From Candidatus Kaiserbacteria bacterium (GTDB taxonomy: Bacteria; Patescibacteriota; Minisyncoccia; Phycocordibacterales; UBA918): 64,000 nt of DNA. This document shows, one piece after another, positions 60,883 to 64,000 of this stretch. The position numbers and the translations under genes were made by a program. The stretch covers positions 283,386 to 347,385 of the forward strand of contig CP064968.1 in NCBI GenBank assembly GCA_016699245.1. The letters run 5' to 3'. Each line of letters starts with the position of its first letter. Positions within the stretch are counted from its first letter, which is position 1. Under the pieces are notes generated by a model. It had not been told where the DNA came from, did no database searches, and saw only the letters and a list, made by a program, of their open reading frames with translations.

Positions 60883-62205
60883 TTACGTCTTATAACTCAC
60901 ATCCACACCAAGAGCGATGAGTTTTTCCATATACCGTGCTAAGTCATCACTTGTCTTTTCATCGAGATGGAGCCCGCCATTTTTATATGTAGCCATGAGT
61001 TGTGCATGAAACTCTTTTTCGCCATGAATACCCGATAATCGGTCTGCAATCATTGTCGTAAGATTGGCTTCAGTGACTTTTGTAAGCGGAACACTGTGGT
61101 GTTGAAGAAGATACTCACGAACACGTTCAGCAAACTTATGCTGAGAGAAAAAGGCCGCATCAGAATCATTGTCATTGCGAAAACGCTTGATATCAGTTGA
61201 CTGTTTAACAATCGATACCGACACATTAGCCATATGTTCTGCGATTTTTCTGTCGACACCCACTCCCCCTTCATCATATTTTTTCACGAGTGCATCGACA
61301 AATAGTTTTTTATGTATCTTACCCATGATGAGTAAGTGGATTGCTTTTTCAATACGCGAAAGCTGACTAAAGGTATACTCTTGTGTAAGAAAGTTGGTGA
61401 GACTCTTCACACGTAATGTATCAACCGAGTCATACGGGAAAAGACGTGCGAGTTCCTCTAACTCAGTAACGATGGTCTCCCCTTCTCGTACCGGCTTTAT
61501 TTGTTTGCGCTGTGGATTGACCACTTCTCGCACAATAAAACCATCTTTAAGGTAATAGACTCGATGTGCATAAGAAAGGTGTGCGGCGTTGTGTGACACC
61601 ATGATAATGGTGCGCATATCAAACGTATTGATCTCATCAATCTTATCCATAACCTGTTGAGTAGAAATACTGTCAAGGTTACCGGTAGGCTCGTCAGCAA
61701 GAAGTATCTGTGGGTCGTTAACCATTGAACGAGCTACCGAAACACGCTGCTGTTGACCTCCTGAGAGCATAGAGGGGATCTTGTGAGATACCGCACCCAC
61801 ACCAAAACGGTCAAGGAGCATCTGCGCACGACGCTCACGAGTTGCCTTGTTCGCATCACAAAAAATCATGGGGAGCGCTACGTTGTCGAGTACGGAGAGA
61901 GAGCCAATGAGGTTGAAAGACTGGAAAATAATACCCATCACATACCGTTGAAAATACACACGCTCCTGAGGTGGATATGCATAAATATCATCGCCACGAA
62001 TAAGAAGTGTCCCATCACCCGGTGGCAAAGAGCCCTGTATGGCATACATGAGTGTCGACTTACCACATCCAGAAGGACCGAAGAGAATAATGTATTCCCC
62101 TTCATAGATGTCGGTATTGACGTGCTGGAGCGCTTTAAACTCATTCGACTTCCCTTTGTTGTAGGTAATCGTGAGGTCACGGCATGTGATAAGTGGTTTT
62201 GCCAT
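60883..62205 (-). CDS. ABC transporter ATP-binding protein (MacB/LolD-like) with a C-terminal extension of about 210 aa of unknown function.
   Basis: Walker A GPSGCGKST, signature LSGGQQQRVSVARSM, Walker B LLADEPTGNLD and H-loop MVSHN. Residues about 230-440 show no recognisable motif. Confidence 0.85.
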   Translation of the reverse strand: MAKPLITCRDLTITYNKGKSNEFKALQHVNTDIYEGEYIILFGPSGCGKSTLMYAIQGSLPPGDGTLLIRGDDIYAYPPQERVYFQRYVMGIIFQSFNLIGSLSVLDNVALPMIFCDANKATRERRAQMLLDRFGVGAVSHKIPSMLSGGQQQRVSVARSMVNDPQILLADEPTGNLDSISTQQVMDKIDEINTFDMRTIIMVSHNAAHLSYAHRVYYLKDGFIVREVVNPQRKQIKPVREGETIVTELEELARLFPYDSVDTLRVKSLTNFLTQEYTFSQLSRIEKAIHLLIMGKIHKKLFVDALVKKYDEGGVGVDRKIAEHMANVSVSIVKQSTDIKRFRNDNDSDAAFFSQHKFAERVREYLLQHHSVPLTKVTEANLTTMIADRLSGIHGEKEFHAQLMATYKNGGLHLDEKTSDDLARYMEKLIALGVDVSYKT

Positions 62206-62212
62206 AAGCTAT

Positions 62213-62400
62213 GAAATAGAAAATATGGAATAGAAAATGTATGAGATAGAAAATAGAAGATAGAAAATAGAAGATAGAACAACGCTTCGCGTTGTTTCAA
62301 GATTTTCAATTTTTACTATTCTATATTCCATATTTTCTATTTTCTATTCTATATTATCTATCTTCTATCTTCTATTTTCTATTCCATATCTTCTATCTTC
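62213..62400. repeat. Palindromic microsatellite element E3. Same 8-mer inverted arrays around a GC core gaacaacgcttcgcgttgtttc.
   Basis: Fills the gap between the stop of gene 62400..63959 and the ABC ATPase start (62205). The core is similar to that of E1. Confidence 0.8.
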
Positions 62401-63959
62401 TAACCATTTATATTTTTAACCCAACCGAAGGTGCTCTCGAAGTTTTCAATAATAATGTCGATGATATTCTTTTCTTGAATAGGCGTAAAAAGCACAAAGT
62501 TTTCTGACTTCACACTATTCTTAGATTCGTCTGCACAATCAAGCCAAAACTGATACACCGTTGCTGGTGCAAAATCGACAATCACCTCTACATGCTGCAT
62601 AGCGAAACCAGTGTCTTTTGAATCAATAACCGTAGGTTCAATACCACCGGTAATACCTTCACGATACGAGAGAGCACAATGGGCTGGTTCATCCGTAATC
62701 CATTCTATAATTGTTTGAATACGTGACTCCCCGCCCGGGAAGAGTGTGGATTCGTTCGTCACATTACTGATGATTGGTGGTGCTGTGTCCTTTACCGTAA
62801 TAAAAGTAATTGGATTGCTCTTTACACGGTCGCCACCTGCGTTTTCTGCAATAACAAAAGCAACATACCGTGTACCTAATGTAAGGTCAGAAATACGCAT
62901 TTGATGATTGGTGGCGAGGGTAGGACGACCTATTGAGTTTTGGGTACCCTTCGTCAAGTCTTGATACTCGACGAGTGCTTTTGCTGGAACTGTAGTGTCC
63001 CACGCGAGTGTTGCGGAGTTTTCCTCCACTTTCAAAATACGAAGATTTTTTATATCAGGGCGTGATGCCTTTGTCTTGAATGTATAATCACGGCTCTTCC
63101 CCTCAATACCGTATGTGTCTTTCGAACGCACTTGGAAATGATACTCGGTATATGGATCAAGACCAATCACGCGTACCTCGTGGTCAGTGGTATTACCACC
63201 CGTACTTGCTTGAGAGAAGGCATATTGACCTTCGGTATATGTATCTGATGGAGAAAAAAGAACTTCAGAACTAGATTCACGGTCGGTAGTCCATTTTACG
63301 AGTGCACTTGTGGTTTCTACAATCACCGTCGGAGGACCCACAATAGTGAGATCTTCGGTAATACCTTGAATTGCTTTTACCGTTTCATTGAGAATTTCTT
63401 GGAGTTTTTCTGGCGAATTGATTTGTTTAATTTGTTCGAGCACTTCTTGCACGGTCTGTGATTCAGATTGTGACTGTGATTGTGATTCAGACTGAGACTG
63501 GCTTTCACTCTGCACTGTTTGGCTCGTCTCAGTCTGCGTTTCTTTACCCTCCCCTGCTTCAGCGCCAGATTGTGGGTCACCGTCAGTGACTACTTTATAG
63601 TTTGCAGAAATGCCCTGATTCCCATCAGCATCTGAAGAAACAACGCGAAAATAGTAGGTACGACCAGGTTCAAGGGTATTCAGCGTTACAGAATGCTCAG
63701 TACGAATCGCTTCAGGAATACGTACGGTACCGTAATCTTCTTGAAGTCCATAATTAATAGTTGAATCAGCATCTTCATCAGTCTGCCAGGTAATCGTCAC
63801 TGTATCTTCCGCAACGTTGGTGATTTGCACATTCGTGATATCAGGCGGTACCGTGTCTGCAGCATGCACAAGAGGAGAGACCTGTGCAAAGTACACAATA
63901 CAAAAAAGCGTTACTACCGCTGTTGAAAGCGCTCGAATCATGTACAGTAAGTGTACCAC
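62400..63959 (-). CDS. Secreted protein with 3-4 fibronectin type III-like domains and an SQSESQ low-complexity linker.
   Basis: Signal peptide. The FN3 pattern is PPDITNVQITNVAEDTVTITWQTDEDADSTINYG...LEPGRTYYFRVVSSDADGN, repeated (KNLRILKVEENSATLAWDT...). Confidence 0.6.
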   Translation of the reverse strand: MVHLLYMIRALSTAVVTLFCIVYFAQVSPLVHAADTVPPDITNVQITNVAEDTVTITWQTDEDADSTINYGLQEDYGTVRIPEAIRTEHSVTLNTLEPGRTYYFRVVSSDADGNQGISANYKVVTDGDPQSGAEAGEGKETQTETSQTVQSESQSQSESQSQSQSESQTVQEVLEQIKQINSPEKLQEILNETVKAIQGITEDLTIVGPPTVIVETTSALVKWTTDRESSSEVLFSPSDTYTEGQYAFSQASTGGNTTDHEVRVIGLDPYTEYHFQVRSKDTYGIEGKSRDYTFKTKASRPDIKNLRILKVEENSATLAWDTTVPAKALVEYQDLTKGTQNSIGRPTLATNHQMRISDLTLGTRYVAFVIAENAGGDRVKSNPITFITVKDTAPPIISNVTNESTLFPGGESRIQTIIEWITDEPAHCALSYREGITGGIEPTVIDSKDTGFAMQHVEVIVDFAPATVYQFWLDCADESKNSVKSENFVLFTPIQEKNIIDIIIENFESTFGWVKNING

Positions 63960-64000
63960 CTGTTTGGTACAGACTCGGTGTGTGTTATTAACACACTAGT

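Overview
Bacterial window of about 64 kb with roughly 47% GC, and nearly all genes lie on the minus strand. The compact genes, reduced UvrC, giant surface proteins and cohesin/dockerin domains suggest a small-genome, CPR/Patescibacteria-like organism, but that is inference only.

Left third (1-13.7 kb):
- A DinJ-YafQ toxin-antitoxin pair.
- A complete F1Fo ATP synthase operon (atpBEFHAGDC, 3011-9245, minus strand).
- tRNA-Ala(UGC) with two tandem partial copies of its own 3' end and a duplicated terminator.
- A low-GC islet carrying a possibly frameshifted membrane protein and a Phd/RelE toxin-antitoxin pair.
- dgkA.

Middle (13.8-35 kb):
- Envelope and glycan genes: a secreted acidic FN3-repeat protein, a PglC/WbaP-type sugar transferase, a truncated UDP-glucose-dehydrogenase-family gene, ddl, capA and an AI-2E transporter.
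- tRNA-Pro(GGG) embedded in a 22-bp perfect extended stem, plus rpsT.
- uvrC, uvrA and uvrB all present; between uvrA and uvrB sit an orphan sensor histidine kinase and an 892-aa calcium-binding-repeat surface protein that the kinase overlaps by 4 nt.
- An HD-domain (p)ppGpp-hydrolase-like gene, tgt and an FKBP isomerase.

Right 28 kb (35.4-64 kb): an uninterrupted minus-strand block of secreted and surface proteins.
- A 2465-aa giant protein with Asp-box (BNR) motifs and a ~1.2-kb internal tandem duplication.
- Its N- and C-termini are homologous to a 378-aa paralog.
- Three signal-peptide proteins with a C-terminal transmembrane anchor.
- Three cohesin-like proteins and two dockerin proteins.
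- An FtsX-like permease with an ABC ATPase that carries a ~210-aa C-terminal extension.
- FN3-repeat proteins.

Two further items look undescribed:
- A family of large palindromic ATTCT-type microsatellite elements placed exactly between stop and start codons at three sites.
- A 700-bp repeat-rich intergenic region.

All calls rest on reading the translated ORFs and the nucleotide sequence. No database searches were run.
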